Source: the human T2T-CHM13v2.0 reference genome, Homo sapiens
Strand: one strand, 5' to 3'
DNA length: 64,000 nucleotides
Assembly (NCBI RefSeq): GCF_009914755.1
Contig: NC_060938.1
Numbering within the stretch: position 1 is the first letter of the stretch; the number at the start of each line of letters is the position of its first letter. Positions 1-14,145 of this stretch are shown here, in pieces. The notes under the pieces were generated by a model that did no database searches, was not told the DNA's origin, and was given only the letters and a program-made list of their open reading frames with translations. The translations under genes were made by a program, and so were the position numbers.

Positions 1-4
1 TGTG

Positions 5-308
5 TTTATTTATTTATTTTTTTTTGAGTTGGACTTTTGCTCTTGTTGCCCAGGCTAGAAGGCAATGATGTGACTTTGGCTCACTGCAACCTCCGCCTCC
101 TGGGTTCAAGTGATTCTCCTGCCTCAGCCTCCTGAGTAGCTGGGACTGCAGGCACCACCACCATGCCTAGCCAATTTTATGTGTTTTTAGTAGAGATGGG
201 GTTTCACCATGTTGGCTAGGCTGGTCTTGAACTCCTGACCTCTGGTGATCCACCCACCTCAGCCTCCCAAAGTGCTGGTATTACAGGCGTGAGCCACTGT
301 GCCTGGCC
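5..308 (-). mobile_element. Alu (AluS-type), full length
   Basis: Poly(T) lead, both Alu monomers in antisense, ends at GTGCCTGGCC. Confidence 0.95.
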
Positions 309-3300
309 AATGCTTTCAACTTTTGAGCATTCAGTATAATATTGGTTAAAAGTTTGTCATAGATGGAAATTTTTATTTTGAGGTGTATTCCTTTGATGCC
401 TAGATTGTTGATGCCTAGATTTTTTTTTTATCATTAAGGATGTTGGATTTTATTGAGTGCTTTTTCTGCATCTATTGAGATAATCTTGTGGTTTTTGTTT
501 TTAATTCTGTTTATGTGATGACACTTTTGTTGATTTGTATAAGTTGAACCATCCTTGCGTCTCAGGAATAATGCCCATTTGATCATGGTGGATTATCTTT
601 TTGATGTGCTGCTGGATTTGGTTTGCTAGGGTTTTGTTGATTTTGCATCTATATGTATCAAGGATACTGGCCCATAGTTTTCATTTTTCATTAGTGCATT
701 CTTGTTTTTCTGGTTCCTTTAGGTGAGACATTAGGCTGTTAACTTGAGATCTGTCTATCTTCTTGATATAGGTGTTCAGCATTATAAACTTTCCTCTTAA
801 CATGGCTGTTGCCACATCCCAGAGGTTCTGCTATATTGTGTCTCTATTTTCATTTGTTTCAAAGAATTTTTTGATTTCTGCCTTAATTTTATTATTTACC
901 CAAAAGTCATTCAGGAGCAAGTTGTTCAGTTTCTATGTATTTGTGTGGTTATGAGAGTTCCTCTTGGTATTGATTTATATTTGTATTCCACTGTGGTCCA
1001 AGAAAATGCTTATTATGCTTTTAGTATTTTTGAATTTATTAGACTTACTTTATGACTGAGTAGGTGGTCAATCTTAGAGTATGTTCTGTGTGCAGAAGAG
1101 AAGAATGCATATTTCTGGCTGTTGGGTGGAGTTCTGTAGGTACCTATTAGGTCCAATCAGTCAAGTGTTGAATTTAAGTATTAAATTTGTTAGTTTCTGC
1201 CTCAGTGATGTGCCTAATGTTCTCAGTGGGGTGTTGAAGTTCCCCCATTATTATTGTGTAGTTGTCTAAGTCTGTTTTGTAGCTCTATTAGTAATTGTTT
1301 TATAAATCTGGGTGCTCTATTGTTGGGTGCATATATATTTAAAATAGTTAAATCTTCTTGTTGAATTGAATAATTTATCATTATATAATGCCCTTTTTTG
1401 TCCTTTTTTACTGTTGTTGGTTTAAAGTCTGTTTTATCTGATACAATAATAGCAATCTCTGCCCTTTTTTGTTTTTCATTTTCATGACAGATCTTTCTCT
1501 ATCCCTTTATCTGATCCCATAGGTGTCATTACATGTGATATGGGTCTTGAGGACAGCAGAAAGCTGGGTCTTGTTTTTTAATCCAATTTGCCACTCTATG
1601 TACTTTAAGTGGAGTACTTAGGCTATTAACATTCAAGGTTAATATTTACATGTGAGGTTTTATTCCTGTCGTGGTGTTTCTAGCTAGTTGTTTTGTATTC
1701 TTGACTGTGTAGTTGCTTATAGGCCCTGCAGGCTATGTAGTTACATGTGCTTTAGTGGTAGCAAGTATTGTTCTTTCATTTCCATGGTTAGAACTCCCTT
1801 AAGCATCTCTTGTAAGGCCGTTCTGGTGGTGACAAATTCCCTTAGTGATTACTTTTTTGGGAAAGACTTTGTTTTTCCTTTGTTAATAAAGCTTAGCTTG
1901 GAAGGATGTGAAATTTTTTGTCGGAATTTATTTTCTTTAAGAATGCTAAAAATAGGCCCTCAATGTCTTCTGGCTTGTAAGATTTCTGCTGAGAAGCCCA
2001 CCATTAGTCTGACTGAATTCCCTTTATAGCTAATATGGCTCTTTTCTCTAGCTTCCTTTGAGATGTTTTCCTTTTTGTTGAGCTTGGAAAGTCTGATGAC
2101 TGTGTGCCTTGGTGATGGTCATTTTCTGTAGTATGTTGCAGGCATTCCCTGGATTTCTCGTATCTGCATATTAATGTCTCTGGTGAGACTGGGGAAACTT
2201 TCCTGGATTATATCCTGAAATATGTTTTCTGAATTGCTTACCTTCTCCTCTTCTCTGTCAGGAATGCTAATGAGTCATAGGTTTGGTCACTTTACATAAT
2301 CCCATATTTTTTGGAGGCTTTGTTCATTTAAAAAAAAACTCTTAATTTTTTTTTTTCTGACTGGATTGATTCAAAGGACCAGTCTTCATGCTTTGAAGCT
2401 CTTTCTTCTGCTTTTGTCTAGTCTGTTGTTAAGGCTTCCAATTGTATTTTGTAATTCTTGTAGTGAATTTTTCAATTCCAAAAGTTCTGTTTGATTCTTT
2501 CTTAATATAGCCATCTCATCTGTTAAATCTTGGATTGTTTTTCTGGCTTCATTGGATTAGATTTCAACTTTCTCTTGGATCTCATTGAGTTTCCTTGCCA
2601 TCCAGATTCTGAATTCTATATCTGTCATTTCAAACATTTCAGTCTGATTAAGATCTGTTGCTAGGGAGCTAGTGTGATCCTTTGGAGGTAAATAAACACT
2701 CTTGCTTTTTGTATTGTTGTAGTTCTTGCACTTATTCCTCCTCATTTGAGGGACTGATGCTTCTTTTTCTTTTTGAATTTGCTGTGATTTGGATGAGGCT
2801 TTCTTGAGTTCTTATTATGTTTCCCTTGAGGGTATGACTGTGGTCTATGTTGAGTATAATTGATTGGCTTTGTTTCTGGGTGCTTCAGAAAGCCAAGGCT
2901 CTGTATGGGTTCCTTGGTTTCAGATAGACTCCTGTGGTAGATTTTACAGGCATTGCTTGTTGTAGCAGTATATTTTTGTTTGGTGGTATAATTCAGGCTG
3001 CGGTCTAGTAGATGATGCTTAAAAGATGGAGTTGGCATATAAGCTCTTATTCAGCTCCGTTTGTCTTCAGTGGGGGCAGAGGTGCCAGATAAATTTGAAA
3101 AGCGTGTCCCCTGCTTGCACTCATCCCTATTGTATTTCAGTATGTCTGCAACAGTGCACTGGGGAGAGGATGTGGGTCAGGAGGAAGAGAGGACTACCTC
3201 TCCAAGTCTGTTCCTGGGCCTTGGTGGTACCCTCTTCAGCTGTGTGTGCTGTGTCCATATTTCCTTTGTCTCAAAAGGGGCTTTGGTGGGCTGCAATCCC

Positions 3301-4740
3301 CACTCCCTCAGGGGTGGTTCCTGCTGAGGGTAAGATCACCAGGTGACCGCAATTATCTGGGAACCTGCTGGTCCTCTGTGCTTGCCAAAGTCAGAGTGGG
3401 TTGTGGGGTTCAGATGTCCTGGTGGTGCAGTAGATCAAGGGTGGAGGATTCCCAGGCAGGGCAGTGGCACTGCCGATATACAACTGGTATGGTGCCTGTG
3501 GCCTGGGGTTTTCAGACCATCAGGTGGTTGTGGGTCTTGCCCAGCTCATGCACCCCTGACCCAGCTGGTTGCTGGCATTCACCCTGGCAGGAGGCCCAAA
3601 TGGCTAAGGCCTCCTGCCAGGGTGAATGCCAGAGACACCTCTTCAACCACAGTGTCTGTGTTACCTCTCTGTTGACTTTTAGTATTTTTCCTCAGAAAAT
3701 CTGACTGAAGTGTGAAGCCATTTGTGCCAAGATTGCTGAGCTGTTCCAGGCATTCCAGGCTGTGAGGCTCCCTGGGGAAGAAGCCGTGGCTATCAGGCCA
3801 TGCATGCCCTCCTGGTCCAGTTTTACTAAAGGAGGTTCACCCAACCTCTGTGCTGGCACATGAACCTATGCCACACTCTTCTCTGTGTTCTGACAGTGGG
3901 AGCTTCTCCCCCACTTGAGATCAGACCACGAATCTCTGCTCGATACCCCAGGGCAGTATGCTCGAGTCCTGAAGAGTTGGGATCTGGTCCACAGATTTTT
4001 CTGTTAGTCCCTCAGGGTCAAGCACCAGCTGTGATGGGGTGCTGAACTGCCCCCAGGCTGCCAATACAACTCTCAGGTGGGGCAGTGAAGGCTGTGTTGT
4101 GGGTACCCTCCTGCAGAAATGGCCAGGTAGGTGGCCTTGATAGGGGCCAGCAGGCAAGAAGGCACATGGATCAGATGCACCTCAATCCTGCAGCAATGGC
4201 AATAGGGCCTGTCTTGAGCATGTGAATGTACCCCGGCCCTGCTTCCCCTCAGTTGAGCAGACAGCAGTTGCTGCAACCTCTCACTGCAAGAAGGAGAACC
4301 TTGGCAGATGGGCTCCTATGACTATATTTGGTGCAACTGTACAGCACAGTGAAGCCTTCTGGGCTCTGCATGGGTTCAAGCTGTGCCTCTATTTGTTCTC
4401 TGTGCAGCTTCCCCTGCCAGTCCAGAGGTCTATGAGGGTCATGGGAACTCCTGTAGCTAGGATCTCAGAGGACCATGGTGGGAATGCAGTGGTCCAGGGT
4501 TCCTTCACTCACTCCTTCCTTAGGTCTGGTCCAGGTCCTTGGGCTGGTCCTGGCACTCAGGGACTGCAAGCAGGCTGCCCTGTTTCCTCCCTCTTCAACC
4601 AAAGTGTCTGTGTCACCTCTCTGTTGACTTAATATTTTCCCTCAAAAAATCTGATTGAGGTGTGCAGGTTTACTCGATATTTTGGTTCCTCTCCATGGAA
4701 GAGGTGCTTCCAGCTGTGTCTAGTCAGCCATCTTGTCCCT
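309..4740 (-). mobile_element. Old primate L1 (L1PA13-16/L1PB-like): ORF2 5' half, ORF1 and 5'UTR
   Basis: Antisense RT and EN-like sequence collinear with the L1 at 20.4-23 kb; ORF1-like peptide EFRIWMARKLNEIQEKVE (2557-2745); ends in GTCAGCCATCTTG (L1 5'-end YY1 motif). About 0.6 kb internal deletion near 690. Confidence 0.9.
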
Positions 4741-4760
4741 TTCTCCCAAGTCATACTTTT

Positions 4761-4895
4761 TTTCTTTTTCTTTTTTTAAGAGATGGGGTCTCGCTGTGTT
4801 GACGAGGTTGGTCTTGAATGCCTAGGCTCAAGTGATCCTCCCATCTCAGCCTCCCAAAGGCCTGGGATTACAGGCGTGAGCCACTGCACCCAGCC
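4761..4895 (-). mobile_element. FLAM/Alu left monomer with TSD AAGTCATACTTTT
   Basis: Single monomer; TSD copies at 4748-4760 and 4899-4911. Confidence 0.9.
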
Positions 4896-5002
4896 TCTAA
4901 GTCATACTTTTACCTATCCAATTGTTGGTAGGAGACAACCTGAGTGGCTGCTGGAGGTGAAGTGAAAGGAGGAGGATGATGCAGGGTGCTGCAAAATGCT
5001 TC

Positions 5003-5160
5003 CATTTATTTGCTTATTCAAAAAAATGCCATGTATAAGAACCTATGCTAGGCACTGGAGATAAAAATTGAACAAAAAGTAATTCTTGCCCTCTGGAGTT
5101 CACAGTCTGGTAGAAGAGATAGACATGTAGACAAATAATTCACAATGAAACATGGTAAGT
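5003..5160 (-). mobile_element. L2 3' fragment
   Basis: CATTTATT...CTATGCTAGGCACTGGAGATA...GCCCTCTGGAGTTCACAGTCTGGT resembles antisense L2 3' end. Confidence 0.65.
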
Positions 5161-5395
5161 GGGTTGTCAGTAGGTGGTAGGACTACATTGGATGGATCCC
5201 AGTGTCAACTAGAGTCCTGAAAAGACAGTTTGTCTGGAAAAGCAGCATAAGAAGATTCTTTGAGACAGGAAACGTGCACTTTAGGTTTGTTTAAGCAATC
5301 ATTTTGTTGGATTATCATTTGAAAATTAAAAGTAGTTCAACTGCATTGCAAATCTAGTAGGGGAAATAAAACTTTCCCCTACGTCTTTCTGGGAA

Positions 5396-5422
5396 GTGTG
5401 TGTGTGTGTGTGTGTATGTGTG
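5396..5422. repeat. (TG)n microsatellite
   Basis: Direct read, about 13 units with one interruption. Confidence 0.95.
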
Positions 5423-7267
5423 TTACACTTGGAATGTGAAGGAGAGAATACAGCTTAATAATTTAATCCAAAACATACAATTTTTCCTTCTTTGGGATTT
5501 TTCACATGCTGAGAGTGTTACATACTTCTGAAAGTTCTTATTCTCATCCTTCACACAACAGAATGAGAAGAGCAAACCCAAACTGAAAGAGAGAGAACTT
5601 CCATCATAGTTCCTTGCTGTAGAGAGAACACTCAAAACCTGGAAATGAGTGATTTAATTTGGGATAAAGCAAAGTTTGAATACTTTCTTCCTATTTTCAT
5701 TAACTTAGTGGTTGCATCTATTTTTCTTCAAAAGTGTTATTATTTTCATTATCAGTGATTTGATTCTTTGCCCCAGCATGTACTCTCATTTCTTCCATTA
5801 TCGTGGCCAAAGGAAATAAGTGCTAAGAGCTGACAGTTCCAATTTCAGTGTCATTTAATTGGTTGTTCACCATGTTATCCTATAGCAACAAAAATAGTTG
5901 CTTGTGGTAATTTTTAACTCATTTCTATTGTGCAGTTTTATTCAATGGACAGTTAAGTCTCTCCGACATTAATCTACTACTCTTCTAATCTATCACTAGT
6001 TTCCCACCTAGCCAAAGTTTTGAAGTGTGTAAGGTTTATTTGAAACAAATTTGTTCCTCTTCAAGTATCCCAGTGGGTCCACACCACCCTATAAAAATCC
6101 ATTGGAGGAAGAATCTGCTATGAATAATTTAAATCCTAATGTAAAGATAAATCAATATTTTTATTCTCATAGAGGTATTAGAATTTTCAAATGCTTCTAA
6201 TTGCTAAATCAAAGATTTTTGCCCTATTAATTTTGGAAATCAGTGAATATGTGGATTAAAGGAGATAAAATTAGATAATCGATAAAAAGCACTTTGAAAT
6301 TAAAAAGCCTTTAGAAATATAAGGAACTAGGTAAGGATACCCACCTGCAAACTTGTTCTAGTGTCCCTGTAACCAGGAAATGGATTACCACAAATGGAGC
6401 ATTACACTAGCGTTCTTCGGACATTGACCTGATTCACCTGTTAGGACTACTCAACATTATCCATATTGGGTAGGAGGCTGGAAATGGGATGATCTCAAAT
6501 TGCCCTTCCAACTCTTAAGTTTATAAGATTACATAAACCACCTCTGATGAAGCACAGTAAGTGCAAATCCATTCTTTAATGCAGGAAGTCCTAATAAAGC
6601 TGGTTTTACAGGACCAGAATGTATCATTAAGGCAATTGACTAGGGACTAGCATTTGGGATAGACTGATCAATTCATTTATAAAATAGCAACAAAAAACAT
6701 GGCAAAGTCATACTGATTCATTATGAACTAAAGCATATATTCAGGAAAGTGTATTATTGGGTCATTCTATGAGAAATTATAGTCAGAGGCGTTTACTTCA
6801 ATAATACTTCATGCAAAACACTTGGGCCTTTTATCTGCAAGCTCAGTGTGAGTTTACAATGTGATAGGGCAGCAAAAAAGCCTATACTATTTTTTTAATG
6901 CTATAATAGATGTACAGTACCCAGAATAATGTAGGTAACATCAGAACTCATCTGACATGTATAAAGTACCATGATTTAAGGGAAACATTGACAGTAAAAG
7001 CAACATCATTTCTCAAGTTATATGAAGTACAATAGAAGGGATTGATTTTTCTTTTAGCTTGCAGAAGATAGGATTTATGAGGAACCTAATTAAATATTTT
7101 AATGGCACTTAATGTCATAAAGAAGAATGATTAGACTTACACAGCCATGACTCCAGAGAATTAACTGGAAGGAACCACAGAAGTTTAAGAGAGGGATGGT
7201 TTGCCTTAGCCCCAAGCATATCTGTCTAATAATTGTAAAGGACTGCCTTTTGATTTAGTCCACTCTC

Positions 7268-7772
7268 TGTGTATGATGGCATGGATGACCTAACTCTTTT
7301 ACCACTCCCTGCATCCATGTCCTTTTCCATGTAACTTTGTAGTGCTTCCTGCTGAGGGCAGGGTGGTCTGTCCTGCCCCTTATCTCTGAGCTGAACTATG
7401 TGAATTGCTTGGCCAATGGGATATTAGCAGATGTGACACAAGGAGAGGATTGAAGTAAGCTTGCACATTGGTGCTTGCTTTCTCTTGCACCTTTGCCAGC
7501 ACCACGTGAATATTCTTGGGCAATATGATTGAACGATGAGATGTACTGTACATAGGGCAGAATGTCACCCTCATCATCCCAGTTGAAGCCTTCTTAAATC
7601 ATCTGAGGGCCTGCTGACCTCTGGACATTTGAGTTGAGTACAACTAAGCCCAGAACTGCCCAAGGCAAGCCCAGTTTACTTATTATAAGCTAAATAAATG
7701 CTTATGGTTTGAAGTCACTGTGTTTTGAGGTGTTTTTATGCAATATTACTGTGCCAGTAGATAACTGATACA
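7268..7772 (+). mobile_element. MLT1-family (ERVL-MaLR) solo LTR
   Basis: GGCCAATGGGATATTAGCAGATGTGACAC core, AATAAA, terminal GATAACTGATACA. Confidence 0.8.
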
Positions 7773-7919
7773 TTCCCTGTTGTTTGGTTATGTTCAAGAG
7801 AGAAATGGATAGCCATTAGTTAAGACTGTTTTAGAAATGGACACTTGAATTAGGTGGACATAGACTAGATGAGTTCCAAAGATGGTTGCTGCTTCAGGGC
7901 CTGCTGTGGTAATATTCAT

Positions 7920-8140
7920 ATAATAATTCCCAGTTAATGAGCAGTTACTATCTGCCAGGCATTGTTTTAAGAGCTTTAGACATAAATATTAGTATTTACT
8001 CCAAGGAAGTAGTTATTCTTATTATTCTCATGATATTTATTGTTAAGGAAACAAGCACAGATCACACAACTAGTAAGTGGTAGATCTAGGATTAAATCTA
8101 GGCACTTGGCTCCAGAAATCACACTCTATCAGTGCACCAT
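7920..8140 (-). mobile_element. MIR
   Basis: TACTATCTGCCAGGCATTG...ATCACACAACTAGTAAGTGG...GGCTCCAGA antisense MIR motifs. Confidence 0.75.
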
Positions 8141-8173
8141 GCTCGCACTGGCCCATGAGCTATGTTCAGTATT

Positions 8174-8501
<328 letters not shown>

Positions 8502-8699
8502 TAAAGCCCACTGGAAAATGGGCGTTTATGTCTGCATATATCGAATGGAAAAATTAATCATTATCTTTCTAAATGCATTTTTGTATACAGGAAAGATTTT
8601 TTTATAATTTATTTATAATATATAAAAATAATATATATTTATATATGTTCCTAAAATATAGGAATATATATATATAGTTTATGCATAAAAATTCTATAT

Positions 8700-9790
8700 A
8701 TTTATAGGCTACAGAGTGATATTTTGATACATGTATGCAATATGCAAGGATCAAATCAGGGCAGTCAACATATCCATTACCCTAAACATTTATCATTTAT
8801 TTGTGTTGTGAACATTCAAAATCCTCTCTTTTAGCTTTTTGAAAATATACACTAACTTGTTAACAATATTCTCTCTTCAGTGCTACAGAACACTGAAACT
8901 TATTCTACCTAACTGTAATTTTATTTTATTTTTTTGAGACGGAGTCTCACTCTGTTGCCCAGGCTGGAGTGCAGTGGCGCTATCTTGGCTCACCACAACC
9001 TCTGCTTCCCTGGGTTCAAGCAATCTTCCTGCTTCAGCCTGCCGAGTAGCTGGGACTACAGTCGTGCACCACCATGCCCGGCTAATTTTTGTATTTTTTT
9101 TTTTTTTTTAGTAGAGTCGTGGTTTTACCATGTTGGCCAGGCTGGTGTTGAACTCCTGACCTCAAGTGGTTCGCCTGCCTCGGCCTCCCAAAGTGCTGGG
9201 ATTACAGGCCTGAGCCACCACACCTGGCCTATCTAGCTGTAATTTTGTATCATTAACCAGCCTCACCCTATCCTCCTCTTCCCACTCCCCTACTTAAACC
9301 CTAAAAGCCTCTATTCTACTCTCTACTTCTGTGAGCTCCTCTTTTTTCTTTTTAGCTCCCATATATGAGTGAGAACTTGTGGTATTTATCTTTCTGTGCC
9401 TGACTTATTTCATGTAACATAATGTTCTCTAGGCTCATCCATGTTGTTGCAAATGACAAGAGTTCTCTCTTTTTTGTTAATGACTGAATAGTATGCCATT
9501 GTGTATACATACCACATTTTCTTTATCCATTCATCTGTTGATGGACATTTGGGTTGATTCCATATCTTGGCTATTGTGATTAGAGCTGCAATAAACATAG
9601 GGGTGCAGGTATCTCTTCAATAAACTGATTTCCTTTTCTTTGGATAAATACTCAGTAGTGGAATTGCTGGGTTGTATGGTAGTTCTATTTTTAGATTTTT
9701 GAGAACTCTCCATAATGTTTTTCGCAATGGCTGTACTAATTTACATTCCCATTCCCACCAACAGTGTATTAGTTTTTTTTTTTCTCCACT
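8700..9790 (-). mobile_element. L1MA 3' end, interrupted by an Alu
   Basis: ORF2 C-terminal peptide MFIAALITIAKIWNQPKCPSTDEWIKKMW (9410-9598) and L1MA-type 3'UTR. Confidence 0.9.
8921..9229 (-). mobile_element. AluS
   Basis: Full dimer flanked by CTGTAATTTT duplication. Confidence 0.95.
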
Positions 9791-9901
9791 TGATATAGGA
9801 AAGCATAAGTCATTTTAAATAAAAATTAAAAAAGAGGTCCTTACTGGTTAAACCTTGGTAGCTACTGCTTTAAGCAGTCTTCAGTCTTTAACATTCTATG
9901 A

Positions 9902-10211
<310 letters not shown>

Positions 10212-11649
10212 TAGAGACACCCTATTCTAATATTAAAATACAAAGGTTTCTTTTTTCTTCAAAATACTAATCTAGTGAAAAGCATTGCATACAAATTGCA
10301 TTAGACCACTTGTTTTACACTAAATTCTTCATAGGGCCATTCCTGAAGGAAATATATATTTATAGGTAATAGTGTAATATTCTGCTTATCTACCAAGGAA
10401 TATGTGTTACAGCATAAAGAGAATTAAGTAGAAAATGCATATTAGCCAAACTGTGGGCAGTAGCATTGTGTTGCAATAAAAGCCCTATAATTACACTACA
10501 TGTGGCGACAGAATTAGCAATAACTTTAAGTTTGTAAATTAAACATGTTGGCTATGTTAATATTTTGGGAAACATGACTAAATTTTTCATATCTTAGTGG
10601 ATGCTGTAATTAACTATGCTACTTTAGTGGTAGCAAATCCAAACTTTGATACATTCTCTGTAGCAGAGGATAAATATTGAATAACACTCAGTTTGAATTG
10701 TTGAAAAACATCTTTTATAAATCTACTAAATTTATGTAATACGAATTTAGCAGATGAGCTGTTTTAAAATTATTTTAAAAATTATATTCTCTTCTGCATT
10801 GCTTGCTAAAATCATACCTGTTTTTAAACTAGGGAAGTTGACAGCAATGTGGTAGGATGTAGAGCTTGTGACTGATCTCTTTTGAATGTTTATTTCATTT
10901 CTTAAAAAAAATCACTACTTTTCAAAAACTGTCTTAATGCATGTGATCTTCAGCATTCCTCATACACTGCAAAAAGGAATCTACACGTTTTTCGATATGC
11001 AAAAATATTAGACCTAATGTTTATATATAATTTATTTATTTTAAAATGTAAACATTTATTGTGATGATCCGTCAGTCACTTGAACCTTCTTGGCGGTATT
11101 GCATTGGCAGTTTAAATTAGGGTATCCTGGACCAAAACTGATTTATTAACTTCCTGTAGATTTGCTCACACAGTTGCCCTTTCATATCTGTGAGTGGATT
11201 TTCCTGTTCACACAAAGGCTAAACTAACTGTAAAACAAACGATTTCTTTACACAGAAAATATTACTTAACATGGCAACAAATACATACCTTTACCAGGGA
11301 TGCAAAACATGTTATTACACTATTTCGTGCCCACAGTAAGGAATACTAATTAATAACTCTTTTCCCCTGAGCCCACATTCAGATTTGGAAAATCTAACTG
11401 ATTTTAGAAATTTTGTAAGAAGTTGTTCTGATATATTAAAAATACGTCTCCACTTTTATTGAGCAAATATAATATTTTCTTGGTTTCAAATGATACTTCA
11501 TTGGTTATTCTGAATTGATTGCTCTAGGCAGCTGCTGCCAATTGATTGGAGCTATAGATATGTTCAAACCTGTTTATTATCCTGGAATTACACTGAACAT
11601 AGAAATGCCCAAATGATTGATCAGAATTTTAATGTAAGAAAAATTAAAC

Positions 11650-11920
11650 ATCTAATGATCACTCTCTAGGTACCAGGCCCCGAGTTCAATGTTATACCTG
11701 CATTAACTCATAATTCTCATAGCATCCCTATGAAATAGATATTATCATTATTTTTATTTTATAGACAAGGAAACTGAGGCTTAAAAGAGTTAAGTAAACT
11801 TGCCCCAAATTATAGAGTTTGTAAATTAATGGTGCTAATATTACCTCTTTTTGATTTAGATTTACCTTAGATTTGATTTGATATAGATTACCTCCTTTTG
11901 ACTTCAAAGCCTGGGTTACT
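11650..11920 (-). mobile_element. MIR
   Basis: Core ATTTTATAGACAAGGAAACTGAGGCTTAAAAGAGTTAAGTAAACTTGCCC. Confidence 0.85.
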
Positions 11921-14018
11921 TCTTTTCATTGAGGTCCTTGGTGGTGGTCAACATTCTGTTTCAGGCTTCCTCCATTCTATGTCGATGGCACAATTGTGCA
12001 GAGCTACCTTGTTCCCTGGAAGTGGGGTGGAGGACCTGTTTTTTTGAGTGTGTGAAGGAAAGAAATGAGCCAAAAAGCACATCTTGAAAAAAAATGTATT
12101 ATAGCATAGCATTGGTAATTTGGAACATTTTATTGATTTTGAAATCATGTAAGATGTTGTCCTGATATATTAAAAATAATCTTCCTTTTAAATTAAGGAA
12201 ATATAATATTTTCTTTGTTTGAAATGATGCTTTATTGGTTATTATATGAAAAGTAGCTTAATTGGAATTAAACATTACCTTTTAACATGAGTTGAGAATG
12301 AAACCGAAACCTTAAATTGCACCCTAAAGTGCAGTTATAGAACTGACAGTGTGTACAGTCCTGGAAAATACTAATTCATAAAGAATAATAGACTTTAATG
12401 CTGTGCTTAGCATTTCAATGTCACAATTAAAAATTCTACAAGATAGTTAATTGAATATTTTATGCTTCTAGAAAGGGCCTTGATCCTCAGAATTGCATAC
12501 TAGTTCTCAAATTCCTTTTATATAATGCTGAATTCCTTTAAGGAATTAAAAATTCATTTGTGTTTCACATGAGTGCATATTTAGTTTTGCCAACTTTTTA
12601 AATGAGAGAAATATCTAGAATTAATGTGTTAACTTTACTTTTTTTTGGCTAAGTTAGACTTCTGGAACATAAAATATCCATGCAGATTATCATGATTCCC
12701 CCATGTAATCCTGCACCCTTTATATGAGCAATTATAATTACTTTTCTAACTGTAATGTTACTGAGTTGTCAGATGAGGTTGGAAAACATTTCATGCCCGA
12801 TTTTCCCAATTTTCATGTATTCATAATCTTATTTAGCCCTTTCCCTTTTCTGTTTTGTGAGTTTTGAGCTTTTCAGCCTAGCCTTTATTTTTCTCTTGAT
12901 GCTAATTTATGAAATTCTGGTACTAGCAATAAAACTGTAGGGCCATCTAACTGCTGATGAAAATCGCAGCATGATAAGAAAGATAAAGTATTCCCTCTTC
13001 CTCTATATCTGTAGAAACATGGGCACGATTTTATTTTTGTCATAAAACCACTCTTGGAAATTTTATTTTTAACAAAGGAGTCTTGTAAGATGCCTGAATT
13101 TTATGCATTGTTGCCATGTTCTGGGAAGGTAACCTGTAACCTCTAAAAAAATTGCAATCTTTTGCTCATCTTACATAATAATTTGTTGTTCTGAAAATAA
13201 TATTTAAATCAACATTCTTTTTTTCTGAAAGATAAAAATACTTGGAAGTTGAAAAGCTTAACAGACATTAAGTGAGAAGGGAATTATTGGTAGTTCCCTT
13301 ACCTCTCACATGCAGAGAAGAAAAACACCTGTTGAATTTCTTATTTGAATTAAAAGTTTAGGCGCCAATCTATTTGATTAGAACTGTTTGTTACATTTAT
13401 GATTATGTCTTACTGAAAAAAAAAAAGGTTGAAAGGCTTTCATGAAATTATTTTGGTGTATGCCACACCTGTAGGGCAGAGAGAAAAGGCGTCTGTCATT
13501 TATCTGGTGTCTGTGATTCAGGCATCAATGCCAGATTTTTCTCATTTGAATAACTGAGGCTGTTACTTAAAACGTGTCAGCCCAGGTCCAGGTGAATGGG
13601 AGGCACATAGTTGTGGCCTCTGAGTCAAGGGTGGGCACAAGTCAGGGCCCCAGTAGGACTGTTGCTCCATTGCTAGCCTAGTGGACTTTGCATTTGCCAC
13701 AAGCTTAAGTGGAGTTGGACAATTGGGCAATTGGAGGAGTACGGGTATTCTCTTTTGGAGTTACTCTCCTCCTTTTCTTTTTTTTTCTCCAGCACTAGCT
13801 CTCCTCCCTTTCCAATGTAAAGTAACTTTGTGTGATCTGACGTTGACCAGAAGTAGGAAACATTTGAGGAATTAGGAATTTTCCATTCTTCTCTTGAGAG
13901 TCTTCCTCTCATTCTGATTTACTGCTTCCTTTTGCACTTTCCTGTAAGCCACTGGGTAAGCATAATTTAAAGCATAAAAACCAGACTCTTCTAGACCACT
14001 GAGGACCTTCCCCAAAGG

Positions 14019-14145
14019 AGAGATTGATAACTAATTCTTTTTTGCATTTGTTGTCTCTCATTTCCCTTCCTGGATTTTTCCTGGATTTTTCCAGGAAGGG
14101 AAATGAGAGACAACAAATGCAAAAAAGAATTAGTTATCAATCTCT
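14019..14145. repeat. Perfect inverted repeat, 56-bp arms, 15-nt spacer
   Basis: 14019-14074 is the exact reverse complement of 14090-14145. Confidence 0.97.

Noticed and set aside
395-422. GATGCCTAGATT short tandem duplication in L1
   Set aside because: Ordinary slippage-size event
3026-4632. Cluster of overlapping 60-150-aa ORFs in GC-richer DNA
   Set aside because: Lies within an old L1 5'UTR; no recognisable protein or CpG island
6340-6445. Possible minus-strand exon (CCTAACAG acceptor, CAG/GTGGGT donor)
   Set aside because: Weak pyrimidine tract, stops in the frames examined, and opposite to the inferred transcription direction
13400-13900. Possible enhancer (TGAGTCA at 13621, higher GC)
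   Set aside because: Short motifs occur by chance; no further support from sequence
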